DNA of 47,040 nucleotides from a virus. Its lineage: Duplodnaviria > Caudoviricetes. The notes beneath the pieces were generated by a model that saw only the letters and a program-made list of their open reading frames with translations, did no database searches and had not been told where the DNA came from. The stretch spans positions 1 through 47,040 of IMG/VR virus record IMGVR_UViG_3300034062_001837; one strand, given 5' to 3'. Shown piece by piece: positions 1-8,023 of this stretch (positions are counted from its first letter, which is position 1; each line of letters begins with the position of its first letter). The position numbers and the translations under genes were made by a program.

Positions 1-405
1 ATGGCCGATCACGCTGGCCAACTCACCGAGCTTTCGTTTGACATCAGCTGCCGGGATCGGTTCACTGAAAAACATGTAGATGTGGGCACCGCCAGACTTG
101 CTGCGGCAGACCGCTACAGGAGCCTTGGCCTTAGCGCAAGCGTCAACGGCATCCTTAAGGTCAAAGTTCTTATATTCATCAATGTCAATCGCGCCAAAGA
201 GGCATGTGTTGTCCTCCCTGATTGGCACAATACCGATTCCCTTTGTTCCTGCTAGGTGTGCATCCCATAGCTGCTCCGTGACCGGCGCCCTCTTTGTGAT
301 TGCTGTCCCCTGAACCTTCAAGCCGGTATTCTTGCCATCGATGTCATAGGTCCCGTAGGCACCCGTGTGCCCTGAAAAAAGCGCCATGAATCTTTGTGCA
401 AGCAT
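1..405 (-). CDS. AEP-superfamily primase/primase-polymerase N-terminal domain (partial, runs off window; not in the ORF track)
   Basis: Manual translation from ATG at 405: MLAQRFMALFSGHTGAYG...GIGIVPIREDNTCLFGAIDIDEY...VCRSKSGGAHIYMFF. It has the DxD motif and SxSGxxH motif of AEP primases and lies downstream of the SSB and polymerase genes. Confidence 0.75.
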   Translation of the reverse strand, partial: MLAQRFMALFSGHTGAYGTYDIDGKNTGLKVQGTAITKRAPVTEQLWDAHLAGTKGIGIVPIREDNTCLFGAIDIDEYKNFDLKDAVDACAKAKAPVAVCRSKSGGAHIYMFFSEPIPAADVKRKLGELASVIGH

Positions 406-431
406 AATTCTTTCTCGTTGTTGTTGATGAG

Positions 432-453
432 AGGAGCGGCCGAAGCCGCCCCT
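432..453 (-). terminator. GC-rich hairpin with C(UUCG)G tetraloop (weak terminator or RNA stability/processing hairpin)
   Basis: Minus strand AGGGGCGGC-TTCG-GCCGCTCCT just after the stop at 458; no U-tract. Confidence 0.5.
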
Positions 454-457
454 AAAC

Positions 458-691
458 TTAACCGCCCCGCGTAGCAGATTTCAACGGTGTGTTTGCCACG
501 TTGTCAGTCTGTTGCTGGACCTGAACCTTGCTCACTGCCGAGCGCTTGTAAGTAGATCCCTTGGACTTACCCTTTGTTGCGCCTTGCTTGTGTTTGCGGC
601 CAGGACCCTTCTTGGTTGCGCTTTGATTTCGATCATCTGATCGTCCAAAATTCATACCAAGGCTAGGAAAGATCTCCTTAATAAGGGACAT
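458..691 (-). CDS. small basic hypothetical protein
   Basis: Lys/Arg-rich ORF filling the gap between the SSB-like gene and the primase; start uncertain (691/694 or 655). Confidence 0.45.
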   Translation of the reverse strand: MSLIKEIFPSLGMNFGRSDDRNQSATKKGPGRKHKQGATKGKSKGSTYKRSAVSKVQVQQQTDNVANTPLKSATRGG

Positions 692-1448
692 CATCTTCCT
701 CAGCGGCTGGTGCATCAGTTGGCGGTTCAGCAACTTTTACAAGTCCTGCGGTTACGTCTTGACCAAACTTCTTGGCCGCGTCGTAAATGCCGCGATCTTG
801 CACCATCGCCGGATCATTGATCAACCAGCCGTACCAGCTGTTTGCGTCCTTAGTCTCCATGCCTGTTCCCAAGTGGTAGCTGTGGCTAAAGGGCGGGGGT
901 GTAAACGACTTGTCACCAACCTTAACTTGCAAGGCCATCATCTGACCCAGCCAGCGGCGCGACTTCTTCAGCTGTGTCGATGACATAGCAATCAAGGCGC
1001 GTTCAAAGCCGCCATCAGACAACACCAACACGTAGTGATACGCGGTAGTCACAATCAGGTTGCCATTAGGCAGCACGTCTTGATTGCGTTCGTTCTTCTT
1101 AGTCTTATCAAGGATCTTCTCGTCAGAGTGTTCCTTGACTAAACCGCCGCCAGCTTCGCGAGGAGTCCACTCGACGTAGCTCTTCTTAAAGGCGCAAGGG
1201 ATGACGCGGACTTCTTTCATCAACTGGCCTGTTACGGTGTTGATCATCAAGCCCTCTTCAGCACCAGCGATCTTGGTGACTCCGCGAAGTTCAGGCGACA
1301 AGGCCTGCAGCACCTTGAGGTACGGGATAGCGACATCGTTTGCTGACACGTTCTCGAAACCGAGACCAGCGTCTGCCATCATGTCGTCTGCAAATGCCAC
1401 AAGGGCGGTCGGCTGCTGTACAGCCACTTCAGTTTTCTTAACCATCAC
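678..1448 (-). CDS. putative single-stranded DNA-binding / annealing protein
   Basis: 256 aa in the replication module, with an acidic C-terminal tail ending in an aromatic residue (AAEEDDVPY) typical of SSBs. Confidence 0.6.
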   Translation of the reverse strand: MMVKKTEVAVQQPTALVAFADDMMADAGLGFENVSANDVAIPYLKVLQALSPELRGVTKIAGAEEGLMINTVTGQLMKEVRVIPCAFKKSYVEWTPREAGGGLVKEHSDEKILDKTKKNERNQDVLPNGNLIVTTAYHYVLVLSDGGFERALIAMSSTQLKKSRRWLGQMMALQVKVGDKSFTPPPFSHSYHLGTGMETKDANSWYGWLINDPAMVQDRGIYDAAKKFGQDVTAGLVKVAEPPTDAPAAEEDDVPY

Positions 1449-1993
1449 TTACTCCTTTTGATTTTGGCGATTTGGCCGATGTACACGTTGAAAAGTTCAA
1501 GAGGAAATTCGGCTCCGCTTTCCACTTGCTCTTTGACGAATGCTGTCAAAGTCTGAGGATGAACACCCATCTTGCCGGAATAGTCCAGACCCTGCTCTTC
1601 CAGCTGGGCTTTAAACTGTTCGGCCTTCTCATGCTCACCACGGTTAAATGTCAGGACGACTTCGTCTTTAATCAGCGCTTCGTGACCGTGGTCTTGCAAC
1701 CAAGTAAAGCACTCCTCGCGTTTCTCGTCGCTGATCTTGGCGCTGTAGTACGGCTTAACGGACACTTCGCTACCGTCTGTAAGCGTAAACTTTGCCACAC
1801 CAACTTCTGCCATGGCGTCAGGCAACTGCTTCTCAGCAATCTCCCTAGCCTGTTCCTTCAAGACCTTCAGACGCGTTTCCGTGTCTTTGATCTCTTCATC
1901 AAGATCTGTGTAGCGCTCGGCGAGCGTACTGATCTTGCCAAGGCCGGCAGGCGGGGAACCCGCGCTATCGGCCAACATTTCTATTTCAAGCAT
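1445..1993 (-). CDS. conserved phage replication-module hypothetical protein (N-terminal coiled coil)
   Basis: AGGAG Shine-Dalgarno before ATG at 1993; overlaps the next gene by 4 nt; coiled coil followed by an HPQTL motif. Confidence 0.7.
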   Translation of the reverse strand: MLEIEMLADSAGSPPAGLGKISTLAERYTDLDEEIKDTETRLKVLKEQAREIAEKQLPDAMAEVGVAKFTLTDGSEVSVKPYYSAKISDEKREECFTWLQDHGHEALIKDEVVLTFNRGEHEKAEQFKAQLEEQGLDYSGKMGVHPQTLTAFVKEQVESGAEFPLELFNVYIGQIAKIKRSK

Positions 1994-2303
1994 GTCGTGC
2001 TCCTGTAAGGTCCGCCTCAAGGGCGTAGTAACGATGCTCCTGGCGATCCCATTTCAGCATCTTGATCTTGCCACTATTAAAGCCAGCGGCAATTGCGACG
2101 GACATACCGATGGCGATGGGGTCACCAATAGCCAACAGAAAATCGCTGTCCGAAAAACTCCTGAGCTTGTCACGCAAGACGCGGATAGTTGGCGCCGTGG
2201 CCATCATCACTTGCCCCGGTGGCAACAAAGTTTGCAAGTCGCCGTACTCTGCTGCAGGCAGCAGGTTAAACTTCGGCGATTCTTGAACCACATAGACGGT
2301 CAT
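1986..2303 (-). CDS. hypothetical protein
   Basis: 105-aa ORF translationally coupled to both neighbours; GGAGG SD upstream. Confidence 0.7.
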   Translation of the reverse strand: MTVYVVQESPKFNLLPAAEYGDLQTLLPPGQVMMATAPTIRVLRDKLRSFSDSDFLLAIGDPIAIGMSVAIAAGFNSGKIKMLKWDRQEHRYYALEADLTGARHA

Positions 2304-2707
2304 TGTTTTCCTCCAACTTGTGCATGGCGCACAACATACTCAGTGCAAAAGGGCGGGACGTTAAAAAGCAAGTTGTTCATGTTTTCCCAATCGAATGGCT
2401 TGCTGCAGGACCAGATCTCATAGAGATCCATCTCTCGCTGAACCTGCAAGACTTTCAACAAGTTTTCGCTGCGGGCCAGTACAAAAACACGGCCTCCATG
2501 TTCTTGCCTCTTACGATGCCAGAGGACCTGTTCTGGCCTAAGCTGACAGTTGCCCTTAGCATCCAAAATCTTGAGCTCTAACCATAGCTCTGATGAGTTG
2601 TGGCACATGTTTACATCAGGAGTCCCTCTTGTAAGAGCATTCTCGACGCGCTCCACGTGTCCGGGCAAGTGGCCTTTGACCAAAGCCCAGAATTGGCTCT
2701 CCTTCAT
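2300..2707 (-). CDS. PD-(D/E)xK nuclease, Holliday junction resolvase / VRR-NUC-like
   Basis: MKESQFW...GTPDV...WLELK...LRPEQVLWH; ATGA overlap with the polymerase stop. Confidence 0.8.
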   Translation of the reverse strand: MKESQFWALVKGHLPGHVERVENALTRGTPDVNMCHNSSELWLELKILDAKGNCQLRPEQVLWHRKRQEHGGRVFVLARSENLLKVLQVQREMDLYEIWSCSKPFDWENMNNLLFNVPPFCTEYVVRHAQVGGKQ

Positions 2708-4566
2708 AGCTTCACCTCCACCGCTTCTCCCCAGTTGGGCCCAAGCTCGCAATCTACTTTCAATGGCACGACCAAGTCCACGCATGTCAACATCTCCTGA
2801 CGAATCATTCGGGCATGATCCAAGTCCCGTACACTGAAGTCCAGTTCATCATGAATGGTCAGATGCGGGACCTCGCCTTTTTTGAACAAGTTGATCATGC
2901 CTAGCTTGATCATGTCTGCCGATGATCCCTGGATCACGGCGTTCATCGCCTTGTGGACGAAGTAACGCTTCAAGGGGAGTCCGTACTTCTCCTCAGCCAA
3001 GTCCTTCTTTAATGGGATCAGACCTGGGCTGTACTTGGGTGGACCAAACAACTGAAACCGGCGGCGGCGTCCAAGGAATGTCTTGACGTAGCCTCTGTTG
3101 GTTGCAATCCGCGTGCATTCTTCGCCCAGTGCCTTAATGAAGGGCACGTTGGCATGGTACTGCTCGTAGACGCGTTTGGCTTCGGCCGGCGGCAAACCCA
3201 ACTGGGTTGCAGCCTTTGCAGCTCCCATACCGTAGGCCAAACCGAGGTTCAGCGTCTTAGCGTTCTTTCGGCTAATTCCAGCCATGTCTGCAACAAGCTG
3301 ATGGTAGTCAGTATCAGGATCGTCGAGATAACGATTCCGTGCCGTCTCAGCGCCAGGGAAGCCACGTAGATAGCTGTAGTGAACCGTGACGCGAGGCTCC
3401 TGCTGCGAGTAGTCAAAGACACCCCACTGACAGCCTTCCTCAGGCACAAAGATGCTTCTGATAAGAGGCGCCAACACCGGATCTCGAGCTGGCACTTGTT
3501 GCATGTTCGGATTAGCCGACGCAAAACGCCCGGACTTTGTGCCTCCACGGTCGTCTCTGACCTGCCGAAAGGTTGGGTAGATCTTGCCATCTTTTTCCAT
3601 CTGAATGATCTTGCTGTCGATAAATACTCCACCGGCCCGGTCAAGCTTCCGGACCTTCGAAATCAAGGAGAAAAACTCATGCTCGCTAGCTTCAAGAAAC
3701 TCACTGGGAAAACTAGCATTCCCCTTTTCAGTCTTTGGGTAATCCAGCTTCAATGCGTCACTGGCTGCCTGTATATCGTCACCAGACCAGATGTCTACAT
3801 CCCGCTCAGCAACCTTCTTCAATCGCTCCGTGAGCTGGCCTTGCTCATCAAGTAGTTGAGCCTTGACCTTGTGGGCACGATCAAGGTCCACAGGCACGCC
3901 CTTCTGGCGCATTGCCACCAGCACGTCAACCAGTTGAGTCTCGATGTCGAAGACTTCCCAAAGCTTCTCGTCGTGCAGCAGGACCTCTTGTTGTGCAAAG
4001 ATCCGGATCGGCAGGTCCGCGTCCTTGCGCCCATAAGGTGCCACTTCACTGGCGTGAAACTGCCAGAGGTTTTCTTTGACCTTGCTAGGATGAATACCGC
4101 GGCGAACAGCTGCAGCAATCAGAGCCGTCTCATCCTTGCGCTCACCAAGGTAGGCTTCTGCAAGAGCATCAAGCTTGTAGGTAATACGATCCTCATCGAG
4201 CAAAGGCTCTGCAATCTGCACGTCGTACTTTGGGCCTCCAACCTTGACGCCTTCGGTCAACAGCCACTCCAAGTCATACGGCAAGTTAGCGCCAACCTTC
4301 GGAATGTCTGTCTTCAGCATGTCGCGAAGCCAAGCAAACGCGTTGTCAGGGTTGAGGTTACCGCCTGCTGCATGACGCACAGGGTAGTACTCAGCGAAGC
4401 CATCGTCAGTGGCAACGGAAAATCCCACGATGTAGCCATCCTTGCGAACTCCGCCGGGACCCTTAGTCATTAGATTCGGGTCGCGTGTCTCGCAGTCGAT
4501 AGCTATGCGCTTCGCCAGTAGCAGATTTGGAAAGTGCTTCGGAGGTTGATACGATGATTCTTCCAT
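2704..4566 (-). CDS. polA: family A DNA polymerase (3'-5' exonuclease + polymerase domains)
   Basis: ExoI IAIDCET, ExoII NLPYD, ExoIII YGRKD; motif A FDYSQQEPR, motif B RKNAKTLNLGLAYG, motif C TIHDEL. Start may be at 4566 or 4596. Confidence 0.95.
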   Translation of the reverse strand: MEESSYQPPKHFPNLLLAKRIAIDCETRDPNLMTKGPGGVRKDGYIVGFSVATDDGFAEYYPVRHAAGGNLNPDNAFAWLRDMLKTDIPKVGANLPYDLEWLLTEGVKVGGPKYDVQIAEPLLDEDRITYKLDALAEAYLGERKDETALIAAAVRRGIHPSKVKENLWQFHASEVAPYGRKDADLPIRIFAQQEVLLHDEKLWEVFDIETQLVDVLVAMRQKGVPVDLDRAHKVKAQLLDEQGQLTERLKKVAERDVDIWSGDDIQAASDALKLDYPKTEKGNASFPSEFLEASEHEFFSLISKVRKLDRAGGVFIDSKIIQMEKDGKIYPTFRQVRDDRGGTKSGRFASANPNMQQVPARDPVLAPLIRSIFVPEEGCQWGVFDYSQQEPRVTVHYSYLRGFPGAETARNRYLDDPDTDYHQLVADMAGISRKNAKTLNLGLAYGMGAAKAATQLGLPPAEAKRVYEQYHANVPFIKALGEECTRIATNRGYVKTFLGRRRRFQLFGPPKYSPGLIPLKKDLAEEKYGLPLKRYFVHKAMNAVIQGSSADMIKLGMINLFKKGEVPHLTIHDELDFSVRDLDHARMIRQEMLTCVDLVVPLKVDCELGPNWGEAVEVKL

Positions 4567-4969
4567 TTTTTGTCCAGAGTTGTTTAGCTGCTTCATGAGG
4601 ATAGGGATCGACGTAGACGATGCGCCTGCAGCTTGTGTTCAACAAAAGCTTAGTGCAAGTCATGCACGGCATGGCGGTCACGTAAGCCGTGTCTATTTGT
4701 TCCACGTCCTTACATTGGAGGAGAGCGTTTTGTTCCGCATGAATAGCTTCACATACATCCAGGCCAGTGCCCGAAGGCAGAGAAGCACCGGGACAGCGCA
4801 CGTCAGTGCAATGAGTATGACCACGAGGCACCCCGTTATAACCAGTACCGAGAATATGCCCACGATGAGATACGAGAACGCAGCCCACACTCCTCCGAGC
4901 ACAAGTACTTCGTCGAGCAACGAGAAGAGCCAATTGCGAAAAGTATTCATCTTTGCTCAACCTTTCCAT
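4463..4969 (-). CDS. deoxycytidylate (dCMP) deaminase family protein
   Basis: RSTCxRRxVG, TGYNG, HAEQNA and PCMTC zinc-binding motifs. Confidence 0.9.
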   Translation of the reverse strand: MERLSKDEYFSQLALLVARRSTCARRSVGCVLVSHRGHILGTGYNGVPRGHTHCTDVRCPGASLPSGTGLDVCEAIHAEQNALLQCKDVEQIDTAYVTAMPCMTCTKLLLNTSCRRIVYVDPYPHEAAKQLWTKNGRIIVSTSEALSKSATGEAHSYRLRDTRPESND

Positions 4970-5751
4970 GATGATAGTTCCTTGAGAAAACCGTTGTGCA
5001 CATGGCCTCGCGCCAGCGTCCACAAGTGGTTGACGAGGTGGTCATAGTCCGTGAAGTACTCGAGGTCTATGGGGGCGTAATCGCCAAGGATCTCACCACT
5101 CAAACAAGCATCGACCTTGTACCAATTCTCTTCGTACAGATGCTGACTAGCGGCGTAGAAGTGCAAGGCTCCGAGCTTTACACTCATGCCTTTCTCACGC
5201 AGCAGCAAGGCAACACCAGCTGACAGCATGCTGAAGTTAAACCAGTCATACGGCACGCCAAGCCAAGCATCAGACGAGCGCATGTTCATGAAGCAATGAA
5301 TCTTGCCGCCTCGAATCACAAACTGGCAACTGATGGTACATGGGATGTCGCGAGACGCACGAGGGTTTGGCCTCCAAATGGTGATGACAGCTTGACGTGA
5401 ATCAGGGTCACCGATTAAGGCCTGGATGACGTGCGCCAATTGGTCACGAATCCTTGGGCCATAAGCGCCAAAGAAAAGAATTCCGTCGTCAGAGAAGTTG
5501 CTGATCTGCTTGCTAAACGGGGCAATGGTGCTGACTCGGTTATCGCCTGACATGATCCAAGCTGCTTCGGCGGCCATAAACTTGTAGCCAAGATTGCGTT
5601 CTTTGATAGTGATGACAGGTTGGTTCATGTCAATCACTGACTTAAAGCCCAACAGCTCCTTTGTCTTTTTACCTCTAGGACTTGTCTCTTCGCCATGGTG
5701 AGTGATGATGTCGAGCAAACCTTGCCAATTCATGTTGGTAGTGTTAACCAT
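4957..5751 (-). CDS. thymidylate synthase-superfamily protein (dNMP methyl/hydroxymethyltransferase-like, Asp specificity residue)
   Basis: YGPR, DSRQA, catalytic IPC, MRSSDAWLGVPYD and SQHLY motifs. Confidence 0.9.
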   Translation of the reverse strand: MVNTTNMNWQGLLDIITHHGEETSPRGKKTKELLGFKSVIDMNQPVITIKERNLGYKFMAAEAAWIMSGDNRVSTIAPFSKQISNFSDDGILFFGAYGPRIRDQLAHVIQALIGDPDSRQAVITIWRPNPRASRDIPCTISCQFVIRGGKIHCFMNMRSSDAWLGVPYDWFNFSMLSAGVALLLREKGMSVKLGALHFYAASQHLYEENWYKVDACLSGEILGDYAPIDLEYFTDYDHLVNHLWTLARGHVHNGFLKELSSWKG

Positions 5752-6736
5752 TGATAAGCTCCCTAAGTTCTTGAACAAACTCAGCGCGTTTGTTGAAGCG
5801 CTTTGCATAAGATGGATGCATGACCTTGCAGATCCTGCGTGTGAATTCAGTCATGGTACCAAAGGCGCCATTGCCGAAGCAGATGACCCTCATGTAAGGC
5901 TTAGCGCGCAGGCAATCATTGACGTATAACGGGCCATTGCCATCGTGCGCGTTGACGTAGACCGCACGTGTCTCATCAAACAAAAGCTCATGCAGTACAT
6001 CTGCAAAGAACTCGCTGCAATTGCCAAAGTCGTAGAAAGGCCAGCTGACTGCGCGCATCTTGCTGTTAGCCTTGTCGCCGACAAAGATGATCTTTGCTTC
6101 ATGCAAGTGGCCTGCAAAGTTCTTGGTATGCAAGTGCAGGGCAGGCTCATATTGCTTGAGCAGTCGTGATTGCAAGACAGACACAACCATATCGATGTAG
6201 ACATCGATGTTGCGGCCCTCAACGTCGTAGCGATAAGGCAACACGTCATCTCGCCTGCGCATGCCAAATACGGACAGCTGCTGCGCGTAGTCACGGTCAT
6301 GGCCAGCAAAACCACCTTCAAACAACTGGTCAAAGCGTTCACGTACGCGATCAACGTTGTCGTACATTTCTTCGCGTTCTGACTTCAGCTGCTCAAACTT
6401 TTCCTTGTGGTTCTTTGGCGATTGAGCCAGGATGTACACGCCACCGACCTTGCGGACAATGCGGTCAATCATGCGACCCATGTGAGGCCAAGGACTGCCG
6501 TTGCGATACACCTCTGCGTAGATGGCTTCACTCATCCACAAACGATCTATGACTACAAGTCTTGTACGTGCAAGCTTTAATGCACGATGAAGAGCAGCTG
6601 TATGATACAGCGGCATCTTTGTAGGCCAGCGATACGTGTTGTGTATGTAAACACCGTTGAGACGTTTGCAGATAGCTTCAGCAAGAGTTGTCTTGCCTGT
6701 CCCATCACAGCCATCAATGACAATAAGGCCTTTCAT
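5744..6736 (-). CDS. dNMP (thymidylate-type) kinase fused to a C-terminal uracil-DNA-glycosylase-superfamily-like domain
   Basis: N-terminal P-loop IDGCDGTGKTT and VIDR motif; C-terminal IIFVGDKAN..PF..YVNA..ICFGNGA..MHPSY pattern resembling UDG-fold motifs. Confidence 0.75.
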   Translation of the reverse strand: MKGLIVIDGCDGTGKTTLAEAICKRLNGVYIHNTYRWPTKMPLYHTAALHRALKLARTRLVVIDRLWMSEAIYAEVYRNGSPWPHMGRMIDRIVRKVGGVYILAQSPKNHKEKFEQLKSEREEMYDNVDRVRERFDQLFEGGFAGHDRDYAQQLSVFGMRRRDDVLPYRYDVEGRNIDVYIDMVVSVLQSRLLKQYEPALHLHTKNFAGHLHEAKIIFVGDKANSKMRAVSWPFYDFGNCSEFFADVLHELLFDETRAVYVNAHDGNGPLYVNDCLRAKPYMRVICFGNGAFGTMTEFTRRICKVMHPSYAKRFNKRAEFVQELRELING

Positions 6737-7122
6737 TCTTTCTCCTTTCTGATGAGGTCCGCAAGCGTTGGGGCCACGAATCCTGCAGGTTTCACTATAT
6801 CATAGGTTGACCCGCGTTTGCTATCTTCTTGCCTCAAGGCACGAACTTTTGTCATGTTGGCCTCGTGCACTCGCTTGAATCCCTCGTTGAAGGGAAGGCC
6901 GGCCAAGTAAGCTGCTCCGAGTGCCACGTAGACCAAATCAATCAGCCCGTCAAAATACTCCTCAAGGTCGCCGTTGATTGCTGACGCTCTTATCTCGTCC
7001 AGCTCTTCTTGCAAGTGTTTGTTCTTGAGCCTCCAGATCTCTTCTACTGGAAAGTCAGGCTGAACAGTTGGCTCCAGTCCATACTTCTTGTGGAACTCGG
7101 CCACCATGTTGAAGAGGTCCAT
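6733..7122 (-). CDS. MazG-like all-alpha NTP pyrophosphatase (PRA-PH/DR2231-like)
   Basis: LQEELDE...EYFDGLIDLVYV...VHEANMTK...KPAGF motifs. Confidence 0.85.
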   Translation of the reverse strand: MDLFNMVAEFHKKYGLEPTVQPDFPVEEIWRLKNKHLQEELDEIRASAINGDLEEYFDGLIDLVYVALGAAYLAGLPFNEGFKRVHEANMTKVRALRQEDSKRGSTYDIVKPAGFVAPTLADLIRKEKE

Positions 7123-7124
7123 GC

Positions 7125-7979
7125 TTACTCTCCAAGGTAGTCGAACAGTGGCTGCCACGCGTCGCTGCTGGAGAGCGGTTGCGCGAGTTCTGCAAACTTT
7201 GCTGGCGCGAATAGCGCTTGACTTTTCGGCAATTTGACTCGCCAGAGCACGTTGCGTGAGTGGTTTGGGTAAAGCGGGGCAAAGATAGTTGCCAGATAGT
7301 TGCTGTCGTAGTAATCACGCAAGCGATTGAACACTCCATCGATGTCTTCCTTTTCGACCACCTGCTTGTAGTCTTTGATTGAGGCAAAAGTGCCGAAGTG
7401 GTCGTCAACTTCCAACCCAACCTTTTGCAGCATCAGCTGCACTGTGGCGTAGGTCATCTCGTTGACATGGTTGTCTGCCGCGCCAACTTGCGGGTCGTAG
7501 ACAGGAGTAGATACGAATGCGACGCCTTCTGGAGCCAAGCGGTCGCGGATACCTTCCAGCATCTTGTAGGCATGAAGCGGCTCAACATGCTCAAGCACCT
7601 CAAAGCTGGTGATGACATCAAACTTTTCGATGGGCAACTCGCAATCTGGGAAGGCAACATTGCCTATCAGGGTCGGCTTGAACTTGGTGTTCTCAAAGGC
7701 CTTTGGCATCTCAAGCTTGTTGTAGTCGATGCCAATGTAGGTCAAGCCATCTGAAGCCATACGGCTGGTCATCAACATCTTTGCCAGTGGCACATCTCTG
7801 CCGCAGCCAATGTCGAGCAAGTTGCAGTCCTTGCGGTTCTTAGGGCTGCCCATCCACTTTGCAACGTGCGTCCAACGAAGGCAATGAGCGATGTAGTCGC
7901 GATGAATGAACCCGCGCTCTTCCGCCTGATCAATGCTCAGGTGGGTGTTGTCAATAGACTTTCCTCTGGCGTTTGCCAT
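7125..7979 (-). CDS. class I SAM-dependent methyltransferase (UbiG/Methyltransf_23-like)
   Basis: Motif I LLDIGCG, YIGID, FDVITSFEVLEHV, VSTP; no DPPY/NPPY or PC DNA-methyltransferase motif. Confidence 0.85.
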   Translation of the reverse strand: MANARGKSIDNTHLSIDQAEERGFIHRDYIAHCLRWTHVAKWMGSPKNRKDCNLLDIGCGRDVPLAKMLMTSRMASDGLTYIGIDYNKLEMPKAFENTKFKPTLIGNVAFPDCELPIEKFDVITSFEVLEHVEPLHAYKMLEGIRDRLAPEGVAFVSTPVYDPQVGAADNHVNEMTYATVQLMLQKVGLEVDDHFGTFASIKDYKQVVEKEDIDGVFNRLRDYYDSNYLATIFAPLYPNHSRNVLWRVKLPKSQALFAPAKFAELAQPLSSSDAWQPLFDYLGE

Positions 7980-8003
7980 AAATTCTCCTAGAGTGGGAAG
8001 ATA

Positions 8004-8017
8004 GGGGCCGAAGCCCC
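8004..8017 (-). terminator. hairpin with C(UUCG)G tetraloop
   Basis: Minus strand GGGGC-TTCG-GCCCC-TATCTT, 6 nt after the stop at 8024. Confidence 0.5.
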
Positions 8018-8023
8018 CGAGTT

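Noticed and set aside
1-313. Plus-strand ORFs 1-255 and 80-313 from the track
   Set aside because: The minus-strand frame 405-1 encodes clear primase motifs; the track missed it because it has no stop in the window.
369-384. GCCCTGAAAAAAGCGC resembling lambda boxB
   Set aside because: It is on the non-coding strand inside the primase gene, has an imperfect stem and no boxA; likely chance.
7125-7979. Methyltransferase as a classical DNA adenine/cytosine methyltransferase
   Set aside because: It lacks the DPPY/NPPY/SPPY and PC catalytic motifs and looks like a small-molecule class I enzyme.
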